This document shows, in pieces, positions 1 through 13,496 of a stretch of 64,000 nt of DNA. Position 1 is the first letter of the stretch, and every line of letters starts with the position of its first letter. Made by a program: the position numbers and the translations under genes. Source of the DNA: Raillietiella orientalis. Its lineage: Eukaryota. The notes beneath the pieces were generated by a model. That model did no database searches. It was not told where the DNA came from and saw only the letters and a list, made by a program, of their open reading frames with translations. The stretch is taken from the NCBI GenBank assembly GCA_036172245.1, contig JAYWIR010000008.1:1612001-1676000 (forward strand), read 5' to 3'.

Positions 1-699
1 AGACACCGCGACAGGAGCTGCCTTAACGAGGTGTTGCTCACCAATTCGATCAGACGCGGTCGCGCTTTCTCGCTCGACCCGACGACAAGCCCAAGAGCAG
101 TCAGACGTGGAGAGGGGCCGCTCCCTGGAAGCGGGCATGAGACAGTCGCCGAGGCCGGATTCACATTTACTGGACCATGAAATGGAGGCAGCAGAGATAG
201 CGATTCTCACTGATGCGTGCGTTCCTTCTTGCGATGATGGCCCCTGGGTTCGGATCGGGACCGTTACGTGAGCGCGAGACCGTCTGTGGCGAACGTCCTT
301 CCTTGCGGACTCCGAGGCACGCAGAGCGTTCCTGCTGAAGTCCGGGAAAAGATCTGGGGCACGGACAGCCAGCCAGAACGGAGGACCGGTGCGGCCGCTC
401 GTGATGGCCTCGGGCGAATCTCCAGCGACCGGTCCACTGATCTGTAAGGCAGCTGAATCCGCCGCGGCTCCTTGCCGGAGTTGGCGCCCCGGGAGTCGCA
501 CATGACTGCTTCTACGTGCCCTCCCTTCCCTCATCCCTTCCCCTCCCTCTGCGAGCCGTCTGAAAGCACTCGCTCGCCTTGCGTCGGCGAGATGAGCGGC
601 CGCCTGACTTTCTGCTGGCGCTGGAGTGGTGCTGCTGCTGCCGCCTGTGGCTCGCCCGAGTCGAGGCTGGCGCCGAAGACGACGGAGCCACGACTTCCG

Positions 700-2450
700 G
701 TGCCACCAGCGCCTTTCCTGAAGACGAAAAGGAGGGAAAAAGGAGAAGGAGTGCGCCGCTGCAGCATCAGGTGGTGCTGCTGACGCGCCAGCTGGAGGTC
801 AGAGCGGGCGTGACCGCCCCGACGGCGTGCGAGGAGGCCGCCGGGCAGTACCGTCGGGAGGAGCGCGACTTTGCTGGGCTCGAGAGCTCCATCCGGGATC
901 TCACGAGCGGGAGAAATCATCAGCAGCTGCTGGACCGCGACCTCCTCACCTTTTGACGTTCGCAGAGCATAGAAATCCTCTCTCAGCGGCACAGAGACCA
1001 CGGAAGCCTCTTCTCCCGATGAGCATGGATCGCGCTCCGGGAAGCGGTCCAGGGAAATCAGAGGAGTGCTGAGGACCGTAGACCCTTCCGGAATGCTCAG
1101 ACGAAGGGACCTAAGGATGCTTTGCTCGCCTGATCGCACTCGTTCCAGCAGCAGGAGTGGGAAAGGGAGGTCACCCCTGCAGGCTATCACCCCGGACGAC
1201 AGTGGTTTGCTCCGAAGCTGCGGCTGAGCCCGGTAGGCGTCGGCATCCGGAAAGGGCGCGTGGGTCCTCTTCGGGGCCTCTCGGGTCATTCAGGGTGTGT
1301 TCGTTCGCGGGTTCTCCCGGGTCCGCTCCCATCTCGTGGCAGGCGAACCGCTGCCTCCCTTCCTCTCCTCGGGACCGACGATGGTTCCATGTGAAAGATG
1401 CCTTCTTACGGTCCACCGTGTATGCCGGGACTCCTGGACTCCTCTGCAGCTAAACAGGGGACCTCCTGCCCGGGGACTCCTCCGAGTCGCGTTCACGGTC
1501 TGCGCATCGACGCGAGCTCTTGGGAGGGAGGCTGTTTGTCTCTCGGTGAACCACAGTGCTTTTTTCTACTGCGAGTTCCTTCTTGCAGATGATGCAGCGT
1601 CAGTAGCAACTTCTGCTTCAGTCGACTGCCTCCTCCCCTTTCCCCTCCATCCTATCGCAAGGACCCACCGTCTCGCCACATCAGCAGTTCCCCCCCCCCC
1701 CCCCCCGCCTATCCTCTCCATAATTCCCCAAGAATGGTTAAATCTTTTATTGCTGCTGACCTATTGTCTCGCGCGGGGTCATTCGGCTCGAAATTCTCAG
1801 TGGCACGAGGACCTGCTGTTGCCTCCAGATCCCCCCTCCTAGCGGCGACGGGTCTCTCCCCCGCAACTCAGAGGGCTCCGGGTACATGACCTTCAGTTCG
1901 TTAGCACTCTATCTAATTCCACATTTGTTTGCATGGAGCTCAAATAATCGTGGAGATTCCCATAGCAAGGAAACGGCTTGCAGATGCGTTCATCCGCTCG
2001 TAAAACCCTAATTACTCGAGCCGTTGAACTCATCTTGGAGACATCCCCGAACTCGGCTGCCCTTGGTGCCTCTCAATCAAGGATAGGGTTAAGCCAACAT
2101 CCAAGCCTATGGCTTCATTGATTTAATAGCTAATTTTAGAGGATCACTCGGATGCTGAATAGATCAATTAGCTGCTGCCTACGCGACGGATGGAGGAATC
2201 CCATCCCACGAAGATTGCTTTTTTACGACTGCTGGATCCGTTCTTCGCTCCCTCTGAGCTCGCCGTTTCCAACCCGCTCCACGGTCCTCTTAGGGCGCCC
2301 GCGACTCTGTTTCCGCCTAGTCGAAGTCACGGATCGATGGCGGACAGCTGGTGTGTTCGCCGCAGCTGCACGCGTTTCAGAACGGAACGCTTGACGTCAT
2401 CCCGGCTCGATGCCTTTTGAAGCACGAGGGTTCCTCTTCGAGGAATGTCA
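700..2450 (+). mobile_element. Possible very decayed piggyBac-like fragments
   Basis: SIRDLTSGRNHQQLLDRDLLT (~890) and KIAFLRLLDPFF (~2210). Weak, by-eye only. Confidence 0.28.
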
Positions 2451-3949
2451 CTTTCTGCGTCAGAGCCAGCTTCAGGAAAATCCGGCAGGAGAGAGCAGGC
2501 GGGAATCGGTAGGCGCTTCGGGACTGGATGAGATTCCCCGGAAGGTAGAGTCGTACTCCGGCGTAATCGTCCCACATCCGGCCCTGTAATGATGTGCGCC
2601 ACGAAACCTCACCCCCCTCTGCCCCCGCATCCAATTCCCTTGGCTCCATCAGCTGCGTGTCTGAGGACGGATCCACCCCCCGCAACGCTCTCTGAAACAC
2701 GCGGACACATGGACCACGGAGATTATAGCTGACGCAGCGCGCGCTCCGCTTACGCCGCCGTCGCCTGCCAGTAGGGAGGGTCAGCGAATCCGCCGTCGCG
2801 GACATTCCCGATCACTTGATGCTCGCTGGGAGTTCCTCTCAAGGTTCACGTGGAACGTTGATTTCCAGAGCCGGTCCACCGGAGGTGACCAGAGGGAAAT
2901 CGTCCCTCCCGTTTCCGTTATCCCCTCTCCCCTTCATTTGCAGAAATGTCCCGGGCTCTACGAAATCAGAGAGCACTCCGTCCTTGTGAGCCTCCTCATC
3001 AAACCCCTCAGGGCGTTCCGTCCATCCGTCACTCTGGTCCCATTCCACTTTTGCACAGGACTCCGAAGAACCAGACGTCCCGCTGCATGCCCGTGTGCCG
3101 CTGTATGCGTTGGTGCCACGGGTTCTCTCGTTCATATCCCCAGCATCCAAAGAAAGTACCACCTCATTCCTCAATTTGAAAAGAGAGAAGGAGAGAATCT
3201 GCGGCAATGAAGGCTGCAGCAACCAAACCATGTGAGCGTAAAACCAAGCGCAGAATCATTGAAGCAGCATGGAAGTCGAGGTCACCGAAGGATAAGGCGG
3301 CATAAGCAGGAAATTAAAGGCCGAGCAAAGCTGAGAGGAAACAGCTCTGCGGCAACAGCCTGAGGTAGACGCATAGGTTACCAGAGCACAGCAGTGGTCC
3401 AATCGGAAAACCTCAAAATGGTTGGTTCAGCAGCAGTCGCCAAACGGAGAATTGTGTTTTCGGGAACCCACTTTTCGATCCGATCTGGTTCCTGTATTTA
3501 ATTACTGGAGACGAAATGAGGTTGACTGGAGCATCTGTGTTCTCCGTGATCATCAAAGTGAAAGTGGTAATCAAGATTTAGGCGCCAGAGATTTCACGGA
3601 GAGCATCCTCACTCGCGGGCATGTGAAAGAACGCGAAGCTCTTCCGAGGATTCAAAATGAATGACCTGAATGCGGGCTGGTGAAATCTCTGGTGCAAATA
3701 TCGAAGACATTAGAATGGTCGATAGTCTCCGGAGCATTCATCTAATGACCCCCTGGGAAGCATCAATCCTGCAAAACTTGGGGATTGCATAGAAAGGACT
3801 ACATTCCATCTGAAGGCGTCAGCACCACAGAACTGCCGCTAGCGTGCTCTGATAAATTCCAGACTGACGAAGATATGCAAAAGGAACAGCAGCAGTCACG
3901 GCGAATGCGCCAGCGAGGAGCATCGTCAAACAAATGGCGCATAGGAAAT

Positions 3950-4700
3950 CATGAGTTTTTATTTTTTATTTCATCTTTCTTGCCTGAGAAAGCAGAAGGA
4001 GATCGATGTGCTGGCGATCGGAGGATGGAGAACCCCTCCTAGAAACAGGGAACAGATCACTTCTTCACCCATTATCCAATCTCTTAATCTTGTTGACAGG
4101 CATTTGGCATGCAGAACGTAGATGCTGTTGCTGATGGAGATCGGTCTCCGATCTTCGATATTCATGAAAGATTCTGATGCCTTGGGCAACAAAATAGTCT
4201 TGGTTTTCTTTCACTGACTGAAGACTCCCCTCTTTTTCATTAGCACGTTGTAAATGGGTGTGATCGGATCTAGAAGCAATGACGAATTCGTGAGAATTCA
4301 AGTCTCTGAACTCACCCGGGTCTGGGGGTCGTCCCGGGGAAATTCCGGCTACCTGGATGGGACAGCTGGGTTCGGTGCTTTCGCGCTTGTTTTCCACAGC
4401 AACACCCCACGGATGTTCTCAGATTCTGGAGCGTGCGTCTCTCCGTGCTCTTGTCATACACGTGCGAAAACACCGAACTGTCCGCAGGAAGATATTGACC
4501 GTGCTCTGCTGCACCGACGTAGAGAGCGCTCTGTCCCTGGGGAAGAGGTGGGAAAACACCGAATGAAATTGGGGGAGGTAAAGCACGGTCAGGGAGAGAT
4601 GCGTGCGAATGCAACCACAGAGGAACTGTGGATGAATGCACCGCAGAGGAGTAAACGCGTGCATTGAATAATGGTATATAATGCACGAATAGAAATTCAT
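3950..4700 (-). mobile_element. Decayed piggyBac-like transposase fragment
   Basis: TVNIFLRTVRCFR (cf. I..GTVR.NR) followed by IRIFHEYRRSETDLHQQ (cf. I..YN..MGGVD..DQ). By-eye call; boundaries approximate. Confidence 0.35.
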
Positions 4701-4765
4701 GAAAATTACTTATAAATATTATTATTATTGAGGTACAAGTTATGATCGTATGTATCGTTGTTGCA

Positions 4766-5339
4766 TTAACCCTTTGGGAGCGGAGCTCATCAGATTTGAA
4801 CGTTCTGCGTTGACGGCACGCGAGTCGTAGGGACGACCTCTGTGGACGGAACGCTTTTTCGCGTGTCGCTTACTCTGTCAGGGGTGCCGACTGACTTTAT
4901 AAAGTGCTCTTTATAAAGTTACCATTGTAATTGTTCATTTACACCACATGAAACAAAATGGTTTCATTTTTACCAGGAATACATTGTTTATTTAAAAGTT
5001 ACAATTATAGTTCCAATAAAATCAACAATTCATTTGGGTGCGGTACAATATAATACATTACATACGACATCTCTGTAATATTGTGCCATTCTGGTTTTTT
5101 CGAAGTGACTGAAAAAACGAGAATAATTGGCCGATATAAATAGGTTTTTGTTTACTGCCGTTGCTAAGGGAATTATAGTAACTTATGTGTATGCGTCCAT
5201 CTCAAACGTGGATAGTGTTTAACTTTTGCCGCGAGGATAAGGTAGAAACACTTCCCAAACGCATTTATAGTCTCCACAGTGTCCACACCGATAATTTTCG
5301 CCCAACCCATATATGCGTCCATGGCACTCAAGGGGTTAA
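4766..5339. mobile_element. Non-autonomous piggyBac-type insertion with TTAA target duplication
   Basis: TTAA-CCCTTTGGGAGC ... GCACTCAAGGGG-TTAA (TIR 9/12 match). The AT-rich interior contrasts with its GC-rich surroundings. Minus strand has FYLILAAKVKHYPRLRW, resembling the piggyBac L.ILMG.VK.P...YW motif. Confidence 0.55.
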
Positions 5340-5950
5340 TAAGTGTAAAGACGTACTGTATATAAATGTGTACATGCATGTTTATCGTATCAGTAACCAG
5401 GGATGCTTTCTCCACTCCTTGACGAGAAGTCTTTTCACAAACCTGAGCATTCAGTCATCCCGTAAGTTGGTGTTTTCCAAAGAGCGTAAGGATCGAAAGG
5501 GTCACTGGTGCCAGGGTGACAGGAACCAGTGTCGAGCGCACTTGTCGCTCACCATTGCTCACCATGAAGCTCGTCGAAAGGTCTGGGACGCTGATGACCA
5601 GCTACAGCCTTGCATTCCCCCAAGCGGGACGGATCCGGCCGGTCCAAGCAGCTCCTTTGATTGCCTGGGCTGCACAGCATCAAAATCTGCTGAGGGGTTC
5701 CCCACAAGAGTGAGCACCCCTGGGCCTCGCACACGGTTGTTTCCATGGTTCCAACGGAATCGGCGATTCAGGGATGATGGTGCGAATGGCCAAATCCCAC
5801 TTTGGGGAGCATAGCGAGGAAGAGTAAATCCGGCCGGACGCACTTAAGCTCTTTCAATTCCCTGAAAGAAGGTCAGCACGGGGAACAGCGTCTCACTCGT
5901 GGATCAACTCGTTATGATGAACTCGTTCCCGAGGTGATCGTTCAGTTTAT

Positions 5951-6589
5951 TCAATGAACGCAGGGGTTGCATAGAATGAAGAGGCGAGGATTTTCACATT
6001 CTCTACCACCTTCGTGTCTTGTCCATGTTATTGTTCTGTCCGCGTAATTTCCAGGAACCCTCCTCCCACATCTGCAACGCTTGGCATCGCAACCATATTG
6101 GATGTGAGGGACAACCAGCCAAGGCTCCTTGCGGAAGTCAGCCTCTCTCATTACTTCGTCATTTTGGAAATCCCGGAACCACAAAGAGCCACTTTCAAAG
6201 CTGACACGGTCACTTAGACGTCCTTCGTCGGCAGGAAAACAATGAGGTCTTTGTATTGTTCTCCTTTCTGGAGCACTTCTGAACGCTTCAGGGATGCGCT
6301 TCAAAACGTGCAGGATGAGCATTTTTTCTCCCCTGGAGCAGTATCGGATCCGGACGGAGCCGAGAGACCACTCAAGGGAGGAGCCGATTGTAGGAAACCA
6401 CTTCCCATCTCCTTTCCACTGCTGTCTGCGACCTTGCAGTTCAGTTCGCCGAATACACATGAGTGTCACAAGCAACAACGTGACGTATACGACGGCGTGT
6501 AGATAGTTGCAGAAGCTGTGGAAGATATCCAGTACGATTTTGCTCTTGAGCGCATGAGGGTTCTGAAGCATCCCGGTCTGTGACCGCAT
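5951..6589 (-). mobile_element. Decayed piggyBac-like transposase, N-terminal/DDD part
   Basis: LLLVTLMCIRR...QWKGDG..FP, PADEGRL...GSLWFRDF (cf. VDE.L..FRGRC.FRQY) and GCDAK (cf. CDAKT.Y), in the expected order. Confidence 0.5.
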
Positions 6590-6940
6590 TTTTGCTTTTC
6601 TTTAGGAAGGACGGACGTTTCTCTATGCAGGAAATGGAACGCCACTTTTTCCCACGCGGGAGCACCGACTCGTCATTATCATCGTCACCGTTCCCGGCGG
6701 CAAGTTCGCCTCGTGGTCCAGTGGGAACACGGGAACGCTCTGCTGTGGGGTAGCTCCACGGAACTCCACGCGTGTGGGAAGACGAAACCCGGGGGAGCAG
6801 AGAATCCACAGAGCCGAGGAGGGCTAATCCTTGCGCGGAAAAGGGCCGCATAGGGACCTCGTAGGGAAGAGTTGACCTCGCAATATTCCCAGCACCCAGC
6901 AAGAATGCAACTTTTCCGGTTCGCGCCATTGTGACTCTCT

Positions 6941-7480
6941 TCAGAACTTCCAGCGCATTCCCCAGGCGGCGGCAGAAAACGCCGTTCCTGATCGAAGGGG
7001 CCTTTCTATACAGAATTTAGAAGCGTTGTCCGAATGCAATTTAGAGCGACGTGATGCAGTTTCCTTTATTTGTTGCATGCGAATCCGTTGGAGCCGATGC
7101 ATCCAGCAGACACGGCAATCTCTTGTTGTGAGCCCATAGGTGGCAAGATGCTTCGAAAATGTCCGCCATCGTGACGTTCTTCCGGAAGAATTGCCGGTGG
7201 GGATGGGAGCGAACGAAACGAATGGCCATCTGAAGCATTGAAAAGTCAGCCGTGTGCACAAACGTATCTGTATCCATGTCTTCATCTGTAATGTTTGCGT
7301 ACCACAGGAGTACACGTACGTCTGCGCACATGCGTAGTTTTGCGGGATTGGAATTTCCTCCTTGTGACGTGGTATTCCCGATGAAAAGGGGTACACTGTC
7401 TGAGGACGAGACGCTGCCTGAAAAGTGATCCACGCAACCACAAACACGCGCTCTACGCGCTCTCCATACAAGAATAGTTT
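6941..7480 (-). mobile_element. Decayed piggyBac-like transposase, C-terminal part
   Basis: VVAW, WYANITDEDMDT (cf. YN.TK.GVDT), FRWPFVSF (cf. RRWP..F) and RDCRVC (Cys-rich tail). Confidence 0.5.
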
Positions 7481-8429
7481 GGAGTTTAGAGTGGTTTCTA
7501 CGGAGGGACGATCACGTATCTCCCAAACCTTTCTTTAATCATTCTTATCAGAAAGCAGTCTTGTGTTGATGGTGATACACGGCTCATCGTACGGGACTTC
7601 AGAGATGGGTCAACGGAATGCGTGTGCTTGGTGGGCAGCCGGTTGCTCACCACTGCTATAGAGAGGTGGGATGGTCAGAGGAATGGGGTGCTTCTAGAGG
7701 TGAGATGGATGAATCGTTGAGGGTATGAACTTTCTCAGAGGATGACAAAATGTAGGCTATTGCAAAAAAAAAAGAAGAAACCGGAAGCGATGATCAAGCA
7801 GCAGAACTGAGCGTCTCTGGAAAAAAAAATAGAATCAAAAGTTGTGGGGGCTTCTTGGGACTCTGGAGAGACAACACTCTGAATGGGGTATGAACCAGCT
7901 CCAGCGTACGCGATGAAGTGTACTCCGCTCGGGGAGAGACGGCTTCATTTGCACACCGTAGGGGAGCTCTAAAGGGCTCCTTGATTCCTAGAAGGACTCC
8001 GGAAAGTCATCTTCCAATCCTTACCAATGAGCGGTCAACGGAAGCTTCCGGGGGCATCCGGCTTCCACCAGTGCCGCACCCGCAGGCCAACCGAGGCCAG
8101 CCAGCGTCATCCTGCGAGGAGGACTCGGAACCCACGAAGCGCCCATTTTTCAGCATCGACCCTCCACATGGGGATTCGAACCTGCAACGCTGGGTGCCAC
8201 GCGCGGGGAGCGCAGCCACGGGTCCACCGCCTACGCGGGCAGATCAATGCCAAAGTTGCCAGTTCGAGCGAACGAGAGCTTGGCTGCAGGACGAACTCAT
8301 CTCATCTCACGGTAGCACGGAGGGAAGCTGTGGAAGACTTTTGTGTTCCTGAGGACCCCACAAATCAAATTTGACTCGACGTTTCCATTTCCGGAGAAAC
8401 CGAATTCCCGCTAATCTCTGGAAGCACTG

Positions 8430-9330
8430 CGCAGTCATGCGCCGTGAGTCACAGAGATCAGCACGGATCCCATGAAAACGATGGATTTCTTCCCTCCTTC
8501 ATCTTCGCAGGATTTGCTTCCTCCGCAGTGTTTTCGCCCGTTTTCATCCACTCCAGGACTGTGGGTCTTTCGGCGCGTCAGAAATTCGCTGGAACATTCG
8601 CCTGGTACCTTTCCTTCCTTTCCCATGGCTCGTCTCCGTCAGGCGTTGACAGGAGTTTCACCGGCACCACAAAGAATCTGCAAGGTTGCAACCGAGCTCG
8701 GACTTCAAAGTCGGGCGCCGACCTCGGCGCACGACTTCGAAGTCGGACGTCGATAGCCTTCCTGAAAACCCATGCAACTTCCAGAGGGGCTTCCCCACCC
8801 GCTCTTTCTGTGCGCTGACACGGTTGGCAGGGGCCTTCACAACCACGGCGCACGAAGACAGACGTGGCCATCGAAACCGCCCACTCGTATCCTGTTTCGT
8901 TCCCGAGTTGCGGGCCAGAAGCGTTCAGTTCTGCATCCGTCTGGAAAATGGCGCCGGGCTCGCTGCAGGGCAGCTCCATCTGCACCATGGTGCCCCCAGG
9001 AGTTGCTGAGAAGAGTGCTGAGAAGAAACTTGACAAAAGCCGTCTCGCTGATGGTCACCTTCTGCCACTTAGTGCGATGGGCAGTAGCCGACAAAACGGA
9101 ATTGCTCAACGGTCAGCCCGGAGAACCGTCTGCAACCCCTATCGCTCCCTCATTAGAGGTGCGACGAAACGGCTCGAGTGGGAAGGCGGCATCAAAGAGG
9201 ACCCCGCAGGGCAACGGCGAACAGATTAGGTGTTTACCAGCGATGGCATCCCATTTCCTTCCGACACACGTTTTCGGGAATCATGGTCACTACCGTGAGC
9301 TGGCTCACCCAACCCCCCATTAGTTTGTTG
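8430..9330 (+). mobile_element. Decayed piggyBac-like transposase
   Basis: GLWVFRRVRN...FPSFPMARLR, RICKV, SDVDSLPENPCNFQRG (cf. SIDE.M..FKGR) and AIETAHSYPVSFPSCG...SVWKM...LQG, in order. Confidence 0.45.
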
Positions 9331-9489
9331 ATCATTGACCCGCCCTCCTTTCCCGCCCTGGTCATGTTCTCGGTGAGCTTGGGATCGTCTCGTTTGGGGC
9401 CGGAACATGTCTGACCCTTTCTCGTAATACGTGTTTACTTTCTATGAATGACCCTGCGGGATAAGGCAGCTCGAGCTGCCAGCTCGCTC

Positions 9490-11000
9490 GCGTCTTGTGC
9501 CTTTCATCTTCAGGCCTGCCTTCACTTCAATTCATTCTTTGTTTTTTCGGCTCAATGAGAAAACTCTGAGATGCAATTTCCGGATTCTTCCCTTCCTCAT
9601 ATACTTGCGCAGCAAGAAGCCGTCCTCGACAACCTGCTTTTCCTTGCCACATCTTTTCGGTCATATACAGGGCAGGGATGCCAACTTTTTATGCACCCAC
9701 TTCTATCTATCGTCACGGGTTTTTCGACGCTCTTCATAACGGAGACTGAAGCAAACCCTGGCACCCATCTTAATCGGCATCCGATTGCATCCCGCGGAAG
9801 CGACGCATCTCTGTTCGTCCTTATCCAGAAGTTTTCTCTCGCCCAGATGTTTCGGCATCAAGGTCATCAAGTCATCAAGCTCACGCTGTAATCTTACCCT
9901 CGCTAGGCACTGACATCCCTAAGCGAAGAACAGACTCCTCGCTGGCCGCAGTCCTTGACGATATCATCTCAGCCCTCGCCCTCGCCGTCAACCAACAAAC
10001 ATCAACTGAAGTCTTGCATCAATCGTACCAACGTTTTGTCTCGGAAAAAAAAAAGAGAAGAGAAGAAAAGAGAGGAAGAAGAACAAGAAAAACGAATGCC
10101 CCTGTTTCCAGGGGCATTCGTTTTTCGTTTCGTCGTTCCCTGTTTCCAGGGAACAACGAAAACTTGCAGCCCTCATGTTTCCGATTCCCGAAATCCTCTC
10201 AGGGTCACATCACGTCGTGGTTACGGCAGTTCGGGATCCCAGAGTGCTGTTCTACAGCTACTCGTAAACATGATGGTGCCATTTGGACTCGCCTTCAAGA
10301 GCGATCCCCTCTTCGGAGTTGCAACTGTGTCTATGCAAATGAGTTTCCCATCCTATCGGATCTGCCGACTCCGTTTCCACGATGCATGTTTACGATGGTT
10401 GCATACTTGCCTCCTGAACATCTATGAGATGGAAGTGGATTCCCGACGGAATGACATCCAAGAAAAAGATAAATTTCGCGTTCGCTTCGGCTTTCACGCG
10501 CTCCCTTCCACCCTTTCTTCTGAAGAGTCCCGAAATGAAATCCACGCTGATTAAGTGCATCCCTGGAAACGAGATTGAATTCTTGATAAAGTGTAGTTAC
10601 CATCCGTTCCCACCAGGATCGCGGATCAATTACTTTTAAATAGCCAGTAATCGCTTATAATCGCCGTTTACGACCCATCCTCGCTGAGCAGACTTTTTAC
10701 TTTGTGGAGCACCAGTCACTCTGTACATATAAACTACCATGATGGCTCTCAATGATTCGTCTTCACTCGCATCTCTTTGCTACATATGCCTTGGGAGCGA
10801 CGGCGAACAGAGGAATCTTGCAGCTCGGAAGGAACTCAAGCTCGAGGGATGCGAAAACATGCCTGGGGGATTGCCGATCTTTTCGTCATCTTTTTCATCT
10901 ACGTTTTGTCAAACCCGAGTTTCGCAACTCGCACTGGGAAGGATGTCTTCTGCACGCCCATAATGGGCGCCAGCAACTTGCGAGAGCTGCAAGATGGGAA
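9490..11000 (+). mobile_element. Decayed piggyBac-like transposase
   Basis: FRILPFLIYLRSKKPSSTTCFS, GSQSAVLQLL...GLAFKSDPLF (cf. VVL.L...GH.LY.DNFF) and RKHAWGIADLF (cf. YNKHMGGVDL). Confidence 0.5.
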
Positions 11001-12249
11001 AGGCCAAATAAAGGGAATGTGAAATTGATATGAAGGCAAAGGCAGGAGCAACAGCGCAACGCAGTGTTCAACGCCGGTTCACCACTTGGTTTTAACCATC
11101 CATCCTTCTTCTTCGTCCCTCCGCGTGCGAGGAAGCAAGGAAAATGGGGGAAAAGTCCTTTCAGAACATGGATTTCTCTCGAGCACCAAAGACGGGATAA
11201 CACGGATGCCGAGCAACCAAACACACCGCTCCAACTTCCTCCTAGAGGTCCAACCTTCTCCTCGCCCCAGGACAAGGTTCCTTGTTCCCGAGAACAGATT
11301 CGTGAAAACGCAGATACGTGAGCCATACGAGTGCCATCTGTCGGTCTGTTCAGTAGTTACCGATGTCTAAAAACCGTAAAAATACTGCTAATTAAATTCT
11401 GAGATGCAAAGCGCAGTCTTTGAAGAAGAAGGAGGAAAAATGATGCGGAGGAGAGGACAACAGGGGAAAAGAATTAACCAAAAGAAATGAATCAAACGAA
11501 GCGAAAGTCAAAGTGCGACTTGGATGCTGCAAAAAAGACTCGCTCGCGGCACACAAAAGGGACTCTGGTGCCATCGTGAGTCTGCTAGCAATGCGACGTA
11601 GGCAGATTAATCATGTAATTCGCAGCTGAACTACTAACGAGGCTCTTATGTCTGTGAAAAGAAGACCTGTGTGACAAGATATAAATGAGCAGCAAAAGCG
11701 AATAGAAAGGGGGGAAAAGCAAATCAAAAAGTAGAAAATACTGATTTCGAGTGAAGGAAGGACAATGCAACCACGCATTTATCCCAGAAGAATCGGCTCT
11801 CAGCCCGACGAAAATAGAGAAATCAAGAAGACGCTGTAGCCCACAAGATGCGCACTTTCGGGAACACGAAAGGAACAATAGCGTCTGATACCGATGGATT
11901 GGGATTTCTCACGAGTGCCTTCCAGCTGCTTGCCTTGTGGCGGGGCACGCAGCAGCGTCTGCCATACGAAATCCTGGATCCTGGTGATCAGCTCGCATCA
12001 TCCCCCCCAACGTTAGAGAAAGACAGCTGAGGTGGCTGAGCCCAGACGTGAAAGCGTTCGAGAAAACACGGTATGTTAGAAGCAAAGGCTCCTGAACTCT
12101 GCTAACGCTGGAAAAAAAAAAAAAAAAAAACTCTTTCATCAACTTTGCCTTTAAACAGAGCCTTGAAAGCAATTCGAAACGCCCGCCTCTAAAATCAAGT
12201 GAAGAAATCGGCAATGACAGGGACCTGCGGCGCAACCCTTTGACTCATG

Positions 12250-13350
12250 ATTACCGCAGATTTCTGAAGCCTCCTCGGAACCGCATGGAAGCTGCGGACG
12301 CGTAGTCCCTGGAGTAACATCGAGCGTTCGTTGGGCATTTCCACCTTCCAGCTGTTACATGCGTAAGTACACTACAAACAACGACTGTATTTCCCTTATC
12401 GATGGTGATGGTGAGCGAACTGCGGGAGCGGAGCCACCGAAGGCACAGCCGCACACAAGCGAGAACTTGCAGTGGGAGCCTAAAACACGTCACCGCAAAT
12501 TGCATTTAATGAATCCACTCTCGGGCTACATAAAAAGGGAATGAATGCATGGAGAATGACAGGAGGCGCCCACGGTCATCGTTTCTCCAGGCCTCGACGT
12601 GTCGTTTCGTGCTGCTCCGCTCCCAAGTCGACAAAGAAGGGAAACGTCGGATTCGTGCGTTCTGCCGACAGACACAACGGCAGGCACTCCGGATCAAATC
12701 TGTTCACGCAAACGAACGTCGCCGCAAGCCTTGAAGACCGGGGAAAAAAAACCGCATCCTCAATGATGACCTGTGCTGAAAACAACTGAACAGTAGGGCT
12801 ACTACGCCCAATGCAATTTGATGGTCCGCGCGCAGTGGCAGCCCAAGGAGGATGTTTCGTAACGTACCCTTGCACATGCCATTCTTCCTTCTGAAGAAGA
12901 ATGGAACCTCTCTAGAGAGAAAAAAAAAAAAAAAAAAATCGAATAGGGAAACATATAAACGTGGACACAGTTTCTCTTTAAGTTCATTTTTCATTCTCAA
13001 AAGACTCAGGAATGAGGAAATCGATCGATCTTTCAAATTTGACGTCCATTAGTCCAGCAAGTGTCTTCGAGTCTGCGCCTTGCGAAACCCTTGTCGTTCC
13101 ACTTATATAACAAAGTCGGCAATGACCTTGTCGACCCGGAGACAGCCGGTCGAGCTATGAACGAAGGTTCCACACTGAAGCAGACTTCTCGACACAGAAA
13201 GCATCCCATCGACGACTCGACGATTTTTCAACGCTCGAATTCTGCCAACAAGCTGGCTGTCCTCGCAGCTGCATTAAAAAAAAAGGGGGAGGAAAAAACA
13301 AAACCTGCGCTATATACTTTTTGGAGCCGTTATCCTGATATCCACTCATA
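12250..13350 (+). mobile_element. Decayed piggyBac-like transposase
   Basis: KYTTNNDCISLIDG...QWEPK...LMNPLSGYI and KPLSFHLYNKVGNDLVD (cf. KP..V..YNK.MGGVD). Confidence 0.5.
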
Positions 13351-13496
13351 ACTCTGGATCAGGCGTTGGCACGTTCCAATCGGATTGGAAAGAAAACCGA
13401 CTCTTCGTGGTCTGTGCTCTCACAACAACCCCGGTGACAGCTGTTCGACGTCAAAGTTAATCTACCGACACAACGAACACTCCATTCACAAATCTG

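Noticed and set aside
264..1842. Cluster of 100-250-aa GC-rich ORFs as host genes
   Set aside because: Overlapping on both strands, Arg/Pro/Ser-rich, and unlike the AT-rich codon usage of the two real genes.
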